Under the pieces are notes generated by a model. The model was given only the letters and a program-made list of their open reading frames with translations. It was not told the DNA's origin and did no database searches. A stretch of DNA of 64,000 nucleotides, from positions 48,292-112,291 of the forward strand of contig CAZESB010000001.1 of assembly GCA_964515115.1 (NCBI GenBank). The letters run 5' to 3'. This document shows positions 20,577-29,538 of this stretch, piece by piece. Every line of letters begins with the position of its first letter. Position 1 is the first letter of the stretch. Both the position numbers and the translations under genes were made by a program. This DNA is from an uncultured Pseudomonadales bacterium. GTDB lineage: Bacteria > Patescibacteriota > Microgenomatia > UBA1400 > PJMF01.

Positions 20577-21611
20577 GTGGTCACACAAGATTTTGTGATT
20601 TCATGTACTCTGTTGCCTATGCCGATAGAACAGCTGTCCCTCACCAGCCTACTTGATACCAATGCCCATGCCGACAACCGGTCTGAAGCAGAAAAAATTC
20701 CTGATAGCCGGCTTAGTTTACTCAAAAAATTGACAGTCTTTTTCCGTCAGGATCGTCCTACCTTAGATACTTATCACTCACTTTACCCATCGCGGCTTTT
20801 TTGGCTGGTGTGGCACGAAGTTAAGGAACTAAACGGTCAGGACAAGTACGGCCTTTTTGCCCAAGAGGAATTTTTGGGCTTGTACCGACAGCAGGAACTG
20901 GCGGACATCATTATTTATTTGCAAGCGGTTTACGACCAATTGGCTGAAAATCCAGATGAAATTATCTTTCTTGATGAAGACTTGATTTTAGAGCGCGCTG
21001 CGACTATTGCTCAAGCACACCATATCGCCGTAGTTGACCTTGACCAACCGCTCAAAGAACCAATAGTTTTAAATCAAAACCAAGAAGCAACCTATAATCA
21101 ACTGAAAAATAATCTCAACTTTTGGGCTACAGTTTTAGATCCTGCTAAAGCTGATTTATGGAACGGACTGAGCCGCACCGAACAGGAGATGGCGCTAAAT
21201 GAAGTCATGTCCACGGCTTTTGTCATGCTGTATCTTTACGGCCTGAACCCACTCAAGGCCTCTCTCGAGAAAATTGCTCGCAATCTTTTGCGCTACGATC
21301 CTCAACTCCTGCAAGATAATTTTTCGGATATTTTGGGTGATCATAGTCTCAGTCAGGAAGAAAAGGACGGACTAATTAACGAGAGATATGAGGCGGCCAT
21401 CGAGGCTTGCAAAGTTCAATTTGATGGTCAGCTGGATAGCCAAGGTGAAAGACCGCAACTCGGAACTCAGCAATTTTATCTTGGCCCTCTGGCTCCGCCA
21501 TACTTGGATTTGTTGGCTTCAGAGAATCAAAAAATTCTCCAGCAAAACTCGCCAAACCATGATAGATTAGAAAGAAATGGTAATAATACTGGAGCCAGCA
21601 AAACTAGCTAA
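20577..21611 (+). CDS. Hypothetical protein (about 330-344 aa) embedded in the dut-tmk operon
   Basis: No recognisable motifs; GTG at 20577 or ATG at 20619; ends 6 nt before tmk. Confidence 0.4.
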   Translation: MVTQDFVISCTLLPMPIEQLSLTSLLDTNAHADNRSEAEKIPDSRLSLLKKLTVFFRQDRPTLDTYHSLYPSRLFWLVWHEVKELNGQDKYGLFAQEEFLGLYRQQELADIIIYLQAVYDQLAENPDEIIFLDEDLILERAATIAQAHHIAVVDLDQPLKEPIVLNQNQEATYNQLKNNLNFWATVLDPAKADLWNGLSRTEQEMALNEVMSTAFVMLYLYGLNPLKASLEKIARNLLRYDPQLLQDNFSDILGDHSLSQEEKDGLINERYEAAIEACKVQFDGQLDSQGERPQLGTQQFYLGPLAPPYLDLLASENQKILQQNSPNHDRLERNGNNTGASKTS

Positions 21612-21616
21612 TTTTT

Positions 21617-22279
21617 ATGTCAAAACTAAAAGCCAAAGCAAATAAAAAAGGTTATCTCATCACTCTTGAAGGCGGAGAAGGGGGCGGCAAAACCACCCAA
21701 ATAGTCAGACTCCGTGACAAGCTCACCAAGGCAGGAAAAGATGTTCTAGTGCTGCGAGAGCCGGGCGGGACGGTGATTAGCGAGCAAATTCGTGAAGTGG
21801 TTTTATCGGCTAAAAATGTCGGTATGGCTTACACCACGGAAGTGCTGCTTTTCCAAGCGGCCCGGGCGCAAATTTATCGTGAATTGGTTTTGCCTTCGCT
21901 GGCAGTGGGCAAAGTTGTTTTGATGGACCGTTCCCGCGACAGCTCAGTGGTTTACCAAGGTTTGGTGCGGGGTTTCGGGAAAGATATGATTGAACAACTC
22001 AACGAAATTTCCACCAAAAATACTTACCCAGATATTACATTTTTACTTGATTTAGAGGCAGAAATTGGGTTGAAAAGAAGGCGGGAAGCCGGTGACGTTA
22101 ACCGCATGGAAATGGAGGATTTGAACTTTCACAAAAGAGTGCGGGAGGCTTATCTGCAACTCGCCAAAGAGGACAAAAAGCGTTGGCACCTGATCGATGC
22201 CTCTCAGACTTTAGACGAAGTTGATGCCGCTATTTGGCAAATTGTGGCTAAAAAACTGGGGCTTAAACTTAAATCTTAA
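21617..22279 (+). CDS. tmk: Thymidylate kinase
   Basis: P-loop GYLITLEGGEGGGKTTQ and LREPGGT lid-like motif. Confidence 0.85.
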   Translation: MSKLKAKANKKGYLITLEGGEGGGKTTQIVRLRDKLTKAGKDVLVLREPGGTVISEQIREVVLSAKNVGMAYTTEVLLFQAARAQIYRELVLPSLAVGKVVLMDRSRDSSVVYQGLVRGFGKDMIEQLNEISTKNTYPDITFLLDLEAEIGLKRRREAGDVNRMEMEDLNFHKRVREAYLQLAKEDKKRWHLIDASQTLDEVDAAIWQIVAKKLGLKLKS

Positions 22280-22338
22280 AATGACCAGCCACCAATAAAT
22301 CCAAAATCAAGTACAACTGGAATTTTGCAAGGAGTTTA

Positions 22339-22947
22339 ATGAAATTACCGCGTTCAGTGCAGCAGCTTATCGAGAGTTTTGAAAAATTACCGGGTGTCGG
22401 GCCAAAATCAGCCCAGCGCCTGGTTTTTTACTTGCTGCACAATCCCGATCATCAGCTGGAGGAGTTTGCCGAGCGATTATTGGCCCTCAAGAAAAATACC
22501 ATTCTTTGTAGCAGCTGCCACAACGTGAGTGAAACCGATCCCTGCAAGATTTGCTCGGATCAGACTCGCGACGATTCTTCGCTGTGTATTGTGGAACAAC
22601 CACTGGACGTTATTGCTATTGAAAACTCTGGGGCTTTTAAGGGGAAGTATCATGTTTTGCATGGAGCAATCGCGCCTCTGAACAATGTAGGGCCGGATCA
22701 GCTTTACTTGCATGATGTGACCAAAAGACTGAAAGGAGTGGTGGAGCTGATTATTGCCACCAACCCCACCATGGAGGGTGAAGCTACGGCGCTTTATATT
22801 AAAGAGTATATTCTTCAATCTGGGGTGGATAAGGTGGCAAACCTGGCTATTAGCCGGATTGGTCACGGTTTGCCGATTGGCGCCGATATCGAGTACGCCG
22901 ATGGCGTCACTCTTTCCAGGGCACTAGATGGCCGGCGAGAGATGTAA
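22339..22947 (+). CDS. recR: Recombination protein RecR
   Basis: HhH start LPGVGPKSAQRL, C4 zinc finger CSSCHNVSETDPCKIC, Toprim domain. Confidence 0.9.
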   Translation: MKLPRSVQQLIESFEKLPGVGPKSAQRLVFYLLHNPDHQLEEFAERLLALKKNTILCSSCHNVSETDPCKICSDQTRDDSSLCIVEQPLDVIAIENSGAFKGKYHVLHGAIAPLNNVGPDQLYLHDVTKRLKGVVELIIATNPTMEGEATALYIKEYILQSGVDKVANLAISRIGHGLPIGADIEYADGVTLSRALDGRREM

Positions 22948-22971
22948 TTTTCTTCATGCTATAGTGGATAT

Positions 22972-24468
22972 ATGCCAAATGAGGGAGAAATAACTAGCCC
23001 CGTACAGCGTCTTAATGAAACAATGCTGCCAGTTCATATTCGGGCGGCTGGTGAATTCGGGATAAAGGATTCGGCAACTGAGGTACACACTTGGGAACCA
23101 AGTAGTTCTAATGAGATTTTACTTGAAAGCACACCTGTTCAGAAGCAAGAGCTTGTTGCCGCATTAACTGATCCAAAATTACACAAAATTTTTCAACACC
23201 AAGGCGAAACTTACATTGTTTTCAAAATTGCTGACCAATTATTTGTTATGCCATCTGGAAGAATACCAGAGTTACAACAGGCACTGCGACAGGAGCGGTC
23301 TGGGTCTAGTTTAGTGAAGAAGGTGGAGGGACTGGCAAGAAAAATCTTTACTCCCGACCAGGGACAGGAGCCTGACAACACTTCTCCTCAAGAACAAATC
23401 AGACTACCCGATAATTTCCCGGTGGGAGTAGCCTCTTTGGCTTCACCTCATCACCTTAATCATGATTCGTCTGCAACGCAATCACTAACTAATGCAGCTG
23501 GAATAAGAGTTCACCGATATTTGGTCATAGATGGTGCTGGTGGCACTGCGCAGATGGTAGCTCTGGCTGAGCGAGACCGAGCCATTCAAGCAAAAATGGA
23601 AGCGGTCCGCAAAAAAGTATGTTTGCATCGGGGTACTATAGTTGAAGCCTTGCTGGCGGCAGACAAGACTAGCAAAACCACTCCAGAACTTATAGATAAT
23701 GATGCCTCGGGGGGAGTGATAGCAGTTGAGTTTAATCCCAAAACAGGCAGGCTTGAATTTGCTTGGGTTGGTGATCCGGTCGCCATGACTTGGTCTCCCA
23801 CAGGTTATCGGCACAACAGAAGAGTAGACGCTCAATCTTCTACTCTTGAAGAACCAAACACTTTGCAAATGATTTCAGAGCAGCATAACCTGGCTTGGCA
23901 AATGAAAAAGTCTAATCCTGCTTTTGCGCCTACCATTGACCTAGATCTAGTGTCGCAAGCAAATCAAATTTATACTTCCGTAGGCGGTAGTAAGCAAAAA
24001 CCAGCCTTGAGACCGGAACAGATTGGTCAATTAAGCATACCGATTAACGAACTTGATGCTCGGTTTTTGCTGCTGATGTCGGACGGCGCTCGCCCAAATC
24101 AAATGATCGCTATGAATAATGAATCTGATCATCGATCAATGGAAGTCAGAAAACTAATTGGAAAATTTGTTGAAATATTCGCTCAGTCGCTCAAAGATCA
24201 ACAGGCTCAGGAAGATTTGTTAAACAGACTAACCAACATTGTTACAGACATGCCGTCTGCTTACTCAGTGGCGGTTGATCAATTATTAAGACATACCGGC
24301 CCGGCTAGTCAAACTGATCAGGTTGAACAAGTTGAGCAGACTGAACAAAAGCGAATAAGTTTGGAGATGACTGCACATTTAATTACCCACCTTGCCAGAA
24401 GAATTGGTGATCAAGATGACATCACCGTGATGATTATTGACCTGAATGAATACCGGCCAACTGCTTAG
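22972..24468 (+). CDS. Divergent PP2C-family phosphatase-like domain protein with unknown about 180 aa N-terminal domain
   Basis: Four PP2C-like motifs in order: YLVIDGAGGTA (xxDGxGG), AWVGDP (xVGDS), FLLLMSDGA (LLLCSDGL), GDQDDITVMIIDL (GGxDNITVxVVxL). Confidence 0.45.
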   Translation: MPNEGEITSPVQRLNETMLPVHIRAAGEFGIKDSATEVHTWEPSSSNEILLESTPVQKQELVAALTDPKLHKIFQHQGETYIVFKIADQLFVMPSGRIPELQQALRQERSGSSLVKKVEGLARKIFTPDQGQEPDNTSPQEQIRLPDNFPVGVASLASPHHLNHDSSATQSLTNAAGIRVHRYLVIDGAGGTAQMVALAERDRAIQAKMEAVRKKVCLHRGTIVEALLAADKTSKTTPELIDNDASGGVIAVEFNPKTGRLEFAWVGDPVAMTWSPTGYRHNRRVDAQSSTLEEPNTLQMISEQHNLAWQMKKSNPAFAPTIDLDLVSQANQIYTSVGGSKQKPALRPEQIGQLSIPINELDARFLLLMSDGARPNQMIAMNNESDHRSMEVRKLIGKFVEIFAQSLKDQQAQEDLLNRLTNIVTDMPSAYSVAVDQLLRHTGPASQTDQVEQVEQTEQKRISLEMTAHLITHLARRIGDQDDITVMIIDLNEYRPTA

Positions 24469-24572
24469 CGGCTCGGCAATTTGACAGTCCCGGGAGTAAC
24501 TTTTTAGCCCATTTATTTTCCTATAAATTTTGGTACGATGAAGGTGTCGATGAGATTGCGCTCATACAAAGT

Positions 24573-24609
24573 AAAACCACTCGGTCCTGCTTAGGAAGAG
24601 TGGTTTTTT
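24573..24609 (+). terminator. Intrinsic-terminator-like hairpin (10 bp stem AAAACCACTC/GAGTGGTTTT with inner TCCT/AGGA) followed by T6
   Basis: Read directly from sequence; lies 100 nt after the PP2C-like gene and 20 nt before the hpf start. Confidence 0.5.
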
Positions 24610-24629
24610 GTATCCAGAAAGGAGACTCA

Positions 24630-24968
24630 ATGACAGTGATTGTCGAGTCCAAGCGTTTAAAAGTGACCGAGGCTCTCCGAGCTTTTGTTGAGGAGCAAGC
24701 AAAAAAGCTGCTCAAATTGGGCAAAGGTGTGACCGGAGTTCGGGTACATCTGGAAACCATTGCTAAGAAAAGCAATGATCCCCAGGCTAACGCAGTCACT
24801 TTTCGGGTGGTTATTCCTGGCAAAGATGTGGTGGTGACCAAAACCGCGGAAAATATGTACACAGCCATTGCTTCGGCCGCGGATAGCGCCATTAGGCAAT
24901 TGAGGAAAAGATATGAAAAGCGCCGCACTCTGCGCCGTTCCAACGGTGAGAGTGGTAGTGGCGAATGA
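24630..24968 (+). CDS. hpf: Ribosome hibernation promoting factor (RaiA/HPF family)
   Basis: MTVIVESKRLKVTEALRAFVEEQ...VRVHLE...AVTFRVVIPGKDVVVTKTAENMYTAIASAADSAIRQLRK matches the short HPF fold; GGAGA RBS. Confidence 0.8.
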   Translation: MTVIVESKRLKVTEALRAFVEEQAKKLLKLGKGVTGVRVHLETIAKKSNDPQANAVTFRVVIPGKDVVVTKTAENMYTAIASAADSAIRQLRKRYEKRRTLRRSNGESGSGE

Positions 24969-25020
24969 TTAAGAGTGTTCCTGCTTGATTTACTCTTGGC
25001 TCATCTAGTATGGTAGAAAC

Positions 25021-25494
25021 ATGACTAATCCAGCAGATGATCAAACTAGTGGTTCGCAGCAAAATTTTCAGCAGACCCAACCGGCTCAGCAAGCTCAGCA
25101 AGACCCGCTGGCGGCGCTTGAGGAGTTATTGAAGCAAACGCAGCAAAATCAACAGTCGCCGCAGAGTGCTCAACCAAACCCACAGCAGCTAGCTGAAGCT
25201 GATGATGAGGTTGGCGGCCTGGGTTCGGACATGGGGACGGCTGACGCTGAGGTTCAGGCAGCAGCTCAGGCTCAAGCCCAAAAACAAGCGGAGTACGAAG
25301 CCATGGCTGCTCGCAGCCAGGCAGAAACGCAGGAACAGCTTGAGGTGCAAAAGCAGGCTTTGGAGGAAATTAAAACTATGCCTGAATATCAAGCCAGAGT
25401 CCAACAAAATCAACAGGAAGCCGAGAAGCAAGAGGAAGAAGCTAATCTGGCTGATGGTTTGCAAATTAGGCAGTTGAAACACGATAAAGTTTAG
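25021..25494 (+). CDS. Q/A/E-rich low-complexity hypothetical protein
   Basis: Gln-rich N-terminal region, AQAQAQKQAEYEAMAAR helical repeats; no domain. Confidence 0.4.
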   Translation: MTNPADDQTSGSQQNFQQTQPAQQAQQDPLAALEELLKQTQQNQQSPQSAQPNPQQLAEADDEVGGLGSDMGTADAEVQAAAQAQAQKQAEYEAMAARSQAETQEQLEVQKQALEEIKTMPEYQARVQQNQQEAEKQEEEANLADGLQIRQLKHDKV

Positions 25495-25522
25495 GGAAAT
25501 TTAGAGGAAATAAGGAATAGCT

Positions 25523-26197
25523 ATGTCTGCACCTAAAGCTGGAGGGCCGGGCGCTCGGGTGAGAGCGGGCGGCGGCTTCAATCAGTTTGCTGACGAACTC
25601 GGTGGTGAACACCTCCAGTCTTCGGCGATGCAGCAGGCCATGCAGCAAAAAGCCGCCGCCCAAAAAACTGCTGATCCCCGCGCCGGTCAAACCTCCCAAG
25701 CCAAAATGCAGCAACAGGCTTTAGCCCAGCAGTTGCAGCAGCAACAGGAGCGCGCCGGCGGCCAGCCTCAAGCTCCCCGCGAAGTTGGTACCATTCCTGA
25801 AGAATTTAAGCGCATGGGCCAAGATGCTTTCCAGGAACTCAAATCATTTTTTTCTTTAAATACTTGGCTGGGAGTGAAACCGGAAACAGACGATCCTGAA
25901 GAAGTAGCCAAGCGCAAAAAACTGCACGAGCGCTGGCAGAACCTGACTGAAGAACAACAAGCGGTTGCCAAGCGCCAGTACCAGGAAGAACTCGAGCGCA
26001 AGCGGGCGGAGGAAGAAGAAGCGCAGCAAAAAAAGCAACTGGAAGAACAGAAAAAAGAGCGTGGCTTACCAATGCCCGCCAGCCCGCAAAAAGGTCCGAT
26101 TGGCCCCGGCACAGCCGGTAAATCTAAAAAGCAAGACGCGGTTCAGCGTCTGCAACAAAGCCGCCAGCAACTGAGTGGTCCAAGCAGCCTGAATTAA
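25523..26197 (+). CDS. Gly-rich N-terminus / Q-rich / KE-rich coiled-coil hypothetical protein
   Basis: GGPGARVRAGGGF, long Q tract, EELERKRAEEEEAQQKKQLEEQKKE; no domain. Confidence 0.4.
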   Translation: MSAPKAGGPGARVRAGGGFNQFADELGGEHLQSSAMQQAMQQKAAAQKTADPRAGQTSQAKMQQQALAQQLQQQQERAGGQPQAPREVGTIPEEFKRMGQDAFQELKSFFSLNTWLGVKPETDDPEEVAKRKKLHERWQNLTEEQQAVAKRQYQEELERKRAEEEEAQQKKQLEEQKKERGLPMPASPQKGPIGPGTAGKSKKQDAVQRLQQSRQQLSGPSSLN

Positions 26198-26257
26198 GTC
26201 CGCTTGCAATCAACTCGCCATCTACTCTAAACTGGAATTAATATTCTCGAAAGTTTT

Positions 26258-26491
26258 ATGACAAATTCACTTTCACCACAACTCGCGACCATTTTAGAAC
26301 GTTTTGGCAAGGAACTACAACAATATCTCGAAGCCGAAATTAAACGCCAAACAGCGGTGCAACTGACTGAACTTCCTGAGTCTTATTCCGCAAATCAAAG
26401 TTTCAAAAGTCAAGATTTTAATGAAGCACTCTCAGAATTATCAACTTTAAGAGATTCGATAATTACTGACCAAATCGCCGACTTAAATTAG
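26258..26491 (+). CDS. Small hypothetical protein (77 aa), paralog of the 29539-29907 N-terminus
   Basis: SPQLATILERFGKELQQYLEAEIKRQ matches ASQLQQILDDFGLDLQNYIREEVARQ of the downstream ORF. Confidence 0.4.
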   Translation: MTNSLSPQLATILERFGKELQQYLEAEIKRQTAVQLTELPESYSANQSFKSQDFNEALSELSTLRDSIITDQIADLN

Positions 26492-26569
26492 TACAAATTA
26501 TCTGGTCATGATAGAATATTGATACTTTTGAACTGAATAAAGAACAAATATAAGTAAAGGAAATTAGAC

Positions 26570-27673
26570 ATGAACGAGATTACCGTCAATCCCCAAGATA
26601 TCCAAGATATTAATGCTGTTGACACCGCAGCGCCAGAAACAAACCAACAGCAAGTGGATCAATCTACCCCCCCCCATCTAGATGAGCCTTCACTGTCTAG
26701 ATCAGAGATGCTCAGAGAGCAAAGATTAGATTTTGCTGCCGGAAAACAAGAAAAGCGAGCTGAAAGGCAAACGCAGGCGCAAGAAAGAGGGGCGCAAAGA
26801 AGAGCGGCGCTAAAAGAAAAGTTTGACCGAGCCTCCAATATTTTTACTACCCAAGTCAATGTCTTAAAAGAAAAAGGTCGTGCTGCTTATGATTTTGCTG
26901 CCGAAAAAGGCGCAGCAGCTTACACTAAAACAACTGAAGCGGTTGGTGCTGTCAGTCAAGAGATAAGCGGTAGCGCACCGGCACGAGCTCTAGATCGAGT
27001 TTTGCAAGTTGGAGTTGAGGGATTTATGTTTGCTCGTGAACAAGCTGCTAGGGCAGATGAAGCTATTGCGCAAAAACTGGATACCGGGATGGGTAACTTG
27101 GTTGGCAAATTCGAGGCTGGGAAGCTTAACTTTCAAGCTGCTAAACATGAAAGAAACCAAGCTCGTTTAGAAGCAGAGCAAACTAAAGCCGCCGCACGCC
27201 TTAAAGATCTAGAAGTTCAATTTAAGGAACACACCCGAAAGATTATTGACTCCGCTCGAAAAGAGCCAGAAACCAAGCGTTATTTTAATCTGGCTAAAAA
27301 TTTGCGCAATATGGCTGGCGAATCGGCTTTGCCTGATTCTAGAGATCAGTTGCTCGGTATGGCCGATCAATTAGAGAACCTTGGGAATGAGGCAGTGAAA
27401 GCAGCAGTAGCGCCGCAGCTGGAAAATTTAAGAAGCGAAACCATAGATATTTACAAGCAATTGAAAGAAGATCTAGACTTTTACACTGAACAAGTTCAGG
27501 CGCTTGAAAGTAGAGCAGCGGAACTCCGCACTGAAGCCCAAGCACGCTTAGGCAATGGCCAAGGTTTGCGGACTTTGAGGCAGGGGGTAGTGGGTATGTT
27601 CACCGACGCGCGCGGGACTACTCAAGGAGCATTTCGTGGTTTGGTAAATAGAGCAAAAGCAAGATTTAGTTAA
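26570..27673 (+). CDS. Alpha-helical / coiled-coil hypothetical protein (apolipoprotein- or phasin-like composition)
   Basis: Amphipathic A/K/E/Q repeats (AAEKGAAAYTKTTEAVGAV..., LEAEQTKAAARLKDLEVQFKE); no catalytic motifs. Confidence 0.4.
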   Translation: MNEITVNPQDIQDINAVDTAAPETNQQQVDQSTPPHLDEPSLSRSEMLREQRLDFAAGKQEKRAERQTQAQERGAQRRAALKEKFDRASNIFTTQVNVLKEKGRAAYDFAAEKGAAAYTKTTEAVGAVSQEISGSAPARALDRVLQVGVEGFMFAREQAARADEAIAQKLDTGMGNLVGKFEAGKLNFQAAKHERNQARLEAEQTKAAARLKDLEVQFKEHTRKIIDSARKEPETKRYFNLAKNLRNMAGESALPDSRDQLLGMADQLENLGNEAVKAAVAPQLENLRSETIDIYKQLKEDLDFYTEQVQALESRAAELRTEAQARLGNGQGLRTLRQGVVGMFTDARGTTQGAFRGLVNRAKARFS

Positions 27674-27699
27674 AGCAAAAATTAACCCAAAGGAATTAC

Positions 27700-28008
27700 A
27701 TGACCAAACAAGACTTACACCAAATGCTGGCAGAAATCGAACTAACCGATGACGTGCGTCAAAACGTTACGGAGGTTATTAACTCCTTTGCCAATGAAGA
27801 ATTAACTGAGGACGAAGTAGCCGAACTGGTGGAATATCTGGATTTGGCTTCAGAAAATGAGGTGGTTTTAGCCGGTGCGCTCAAAGAAGCCGCCGATCTG
27901 GCCGATCAATACGTGACTGACATGGATCGCAATCAAGAAGATTTGACAACCAACACTATTGGCAAAATGCACGACACGTTGGTGCAAGCTACCACTTTGG
28001 CTGATTAA
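27700..28008 (+). CDS. Small highly acidic hypothetical protein
   Basis: 102 aa, D/E-rich (ELTEDEVAELVEYLDLASENE); no domain. Confidence 0.35.
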   Translation: MTKQDLHQMLAEIELTDDVRQNVTEVINSFANEELTEDEVAELVEYLDLASENEVVLAGALKEAADLADQYVTDMDRNQEDLTTNTIGKMHDTLVQATTLAD

Positions 28009-28054
28009 CTCAACTCCTAACCCCAAACTCACCAAGATTTGCTAGGATATAACT

Positions 28055-29506
28055 ATGAGTTCTATGCGTTTATACAACACCATGAGCCGGCAAGTTGAAG
28101 AGTTTGTGCCCTCAAACCCGCCTGAGGTCAAGCTCTACGCCTGTGGTTTTACCGTTTACGATTACACTCACCTCGGTCATTTGCGTAAATATACCATGGA
28201 CGATATTTTGGTGCGCACCCTCGAACATCAGGGTTACGAAGTTAAGTTTGTGCAAAATGTCACCGATGTTGGCCATCTCACTTCTGACGCTGATACCGGC
28301 GAGGATAAACTGGAAAAAGGCGCCAAAAAATATGGTAAATCGGCTTGGGATATTGCTCGGGAGTTTGAGGATTACTTTTGGTACAGCATGGATTTGATGG
28401 GCAATAAGCGCCCTGACATCAGCAGCCGAGCCACGGAGCACATCGAGGCTCAACTTGATTTAGTCAAAACCCTGGAAGAAAAAGGCTACACTTACGAAAT
28501 TCCCGGCGACGGCATTTATTTTGACACCGCCAAATTGACTGATTATGGCCAGCTAGCCCGTCTCAATCCGGCCAGCCAGCAGGAAGGTGCCAGAATTGGG
28601 GTGGTTGAAGGCAAGCGCCAGCCCACCGATTTTGCTCTTTGGAAATATGAGCGTCCGGGTGAGAACCGCGCCATGGTGTGGCCCAGTCCGTGGCACGAGC
28701 GCAGTTTTCCGGGCTGGCACGTGGAATGTAGCGCTATGGCCATGCAATATTTAGGCGAGCAGCTTGACATTCACACTGGCGGTATTGATCACATTCCGGT
28801 CCATCATCCTAATGAAATTGCTCAGTCGGAGGCGGCTACAGGCAAGAAACCCTTTGTCCGTTACTGGGCTCATCATAATTTTTTGCTGATAGAAGGCGAA
28901 AAAATGAGCAAATCGCTCGGCAACTTTTTTACTGTAGATGACGTCATCAATCGCGGCTTTGATCCTCGCGCCCTCAGGTTGCTTTTCTTGACTGCACATT
29001 ACCGCAGCGAAATGAATTTCACTTGGGAAAATTTGGCTGGCATGCAGAAAAGTTATGAACGCTTGCTGCGCCAGACAAAAGAGCTAGGCGAGCTTTCGGT
29101 AGCTTTACCTTTAGCAGGGTTGAACGAGATGAGTGAGGCGGCCCGAGCGCTTCATGATCAGTTTTTCGCAGCCATGAATGACGATCTGGATACACCGACA
29201 GCAGTGGCAGTAATGTGGCAGGCGCTCAAAACGGCAATTCCGGCCCAAGAAAAGCTGGCGCTCTTGCAAGTTTTTGACAACATTTTGCAACTTGATCTGG
29301 CCAATGCTGAGGCTCATTTGACTGAAACCGAAATTACTCCGGCCCAGTTGCCGGAAGAGGTGCAGCAACTTCTGGCTGAGCGTCAACAAGCCAGGGAAAA
29401 TGGAGCTTGGGATCAAGCTGACAGCCTCCGCGACCAACTCAAACAGCTGGGTTACGAAGTTACCGACATTGCTTCAGGACAGAAAATCAGACAAATTACT
29501 ACTTGA
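28055..29506 (+). CDS. cysS: Cysteinyl-tRNA synthetase
   Basis: HIGH-type motif TVYDYTHLGHLR, KMSKS motif KMSKSLGN, Zn-binding Cys residues. Confidence 0.9.
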   Translation: MSSMRLYNTMSRQVEEFVPSNPPEVKLYACGFTVYDYTHLGHLRKYTMDDILVRTLEHQGYEVKFVQNVTDVGHLTSDADTGEDKLEKGAKKYGKSAWDIAREFEDYFWYSMDLMGNKRPDISSRATEHIEAQLDLVKTLEEKGYTYEIPGDGIYFDTAKLTDYGQLARLNPASQQEGARIGVVEGKRQPTDFALWKYERPGENRAMVWPSPWHERSFPGWHVECSAMAMQYLGEQLDIHTGGIDHIPVHHPNEIAQSEAATGKKPFVRYWAHHNFLLIEGEKMSKSLGNFFTVDDVINRGFDPRALRLLFLTAHYRSEMNFTWENLAGMQKSYERLLRQTKELGELSVALPLAGLNEMSEAARALHDQFFAAMNDDLDTPTAVAVMWQALKTAIPAQEKLALLQVFDNILQLDLANAEAHLTETEITPAQLPEEVQQLLAERQQARENGAWDQADSLRDQLKQLGYEVTDIASGQKIRQITT

Positions 29507-29538
29507 AATAGCTCTGCCTGAAGCATTACACTGAAAAT

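Noticed and set aside
25021-27673. Q-rich or low-complexity ORFs as eukaryotic contamination or non-coding repeat DNA
   Set aside because: They are embedded in a compact co-directional bacterial gene string between hpf and cysS. They have in-frame starts and spacing typical of the rest of the contig, and there are no tandem nucleotide repeats.
28055-29506. UGA recoding (genetic code 25) as in some CPR lineages
   Set aside because: Conserved genes terminate cleanly at TGA (cysS and others), and full-length conserved proteins are obtained with the standard code.
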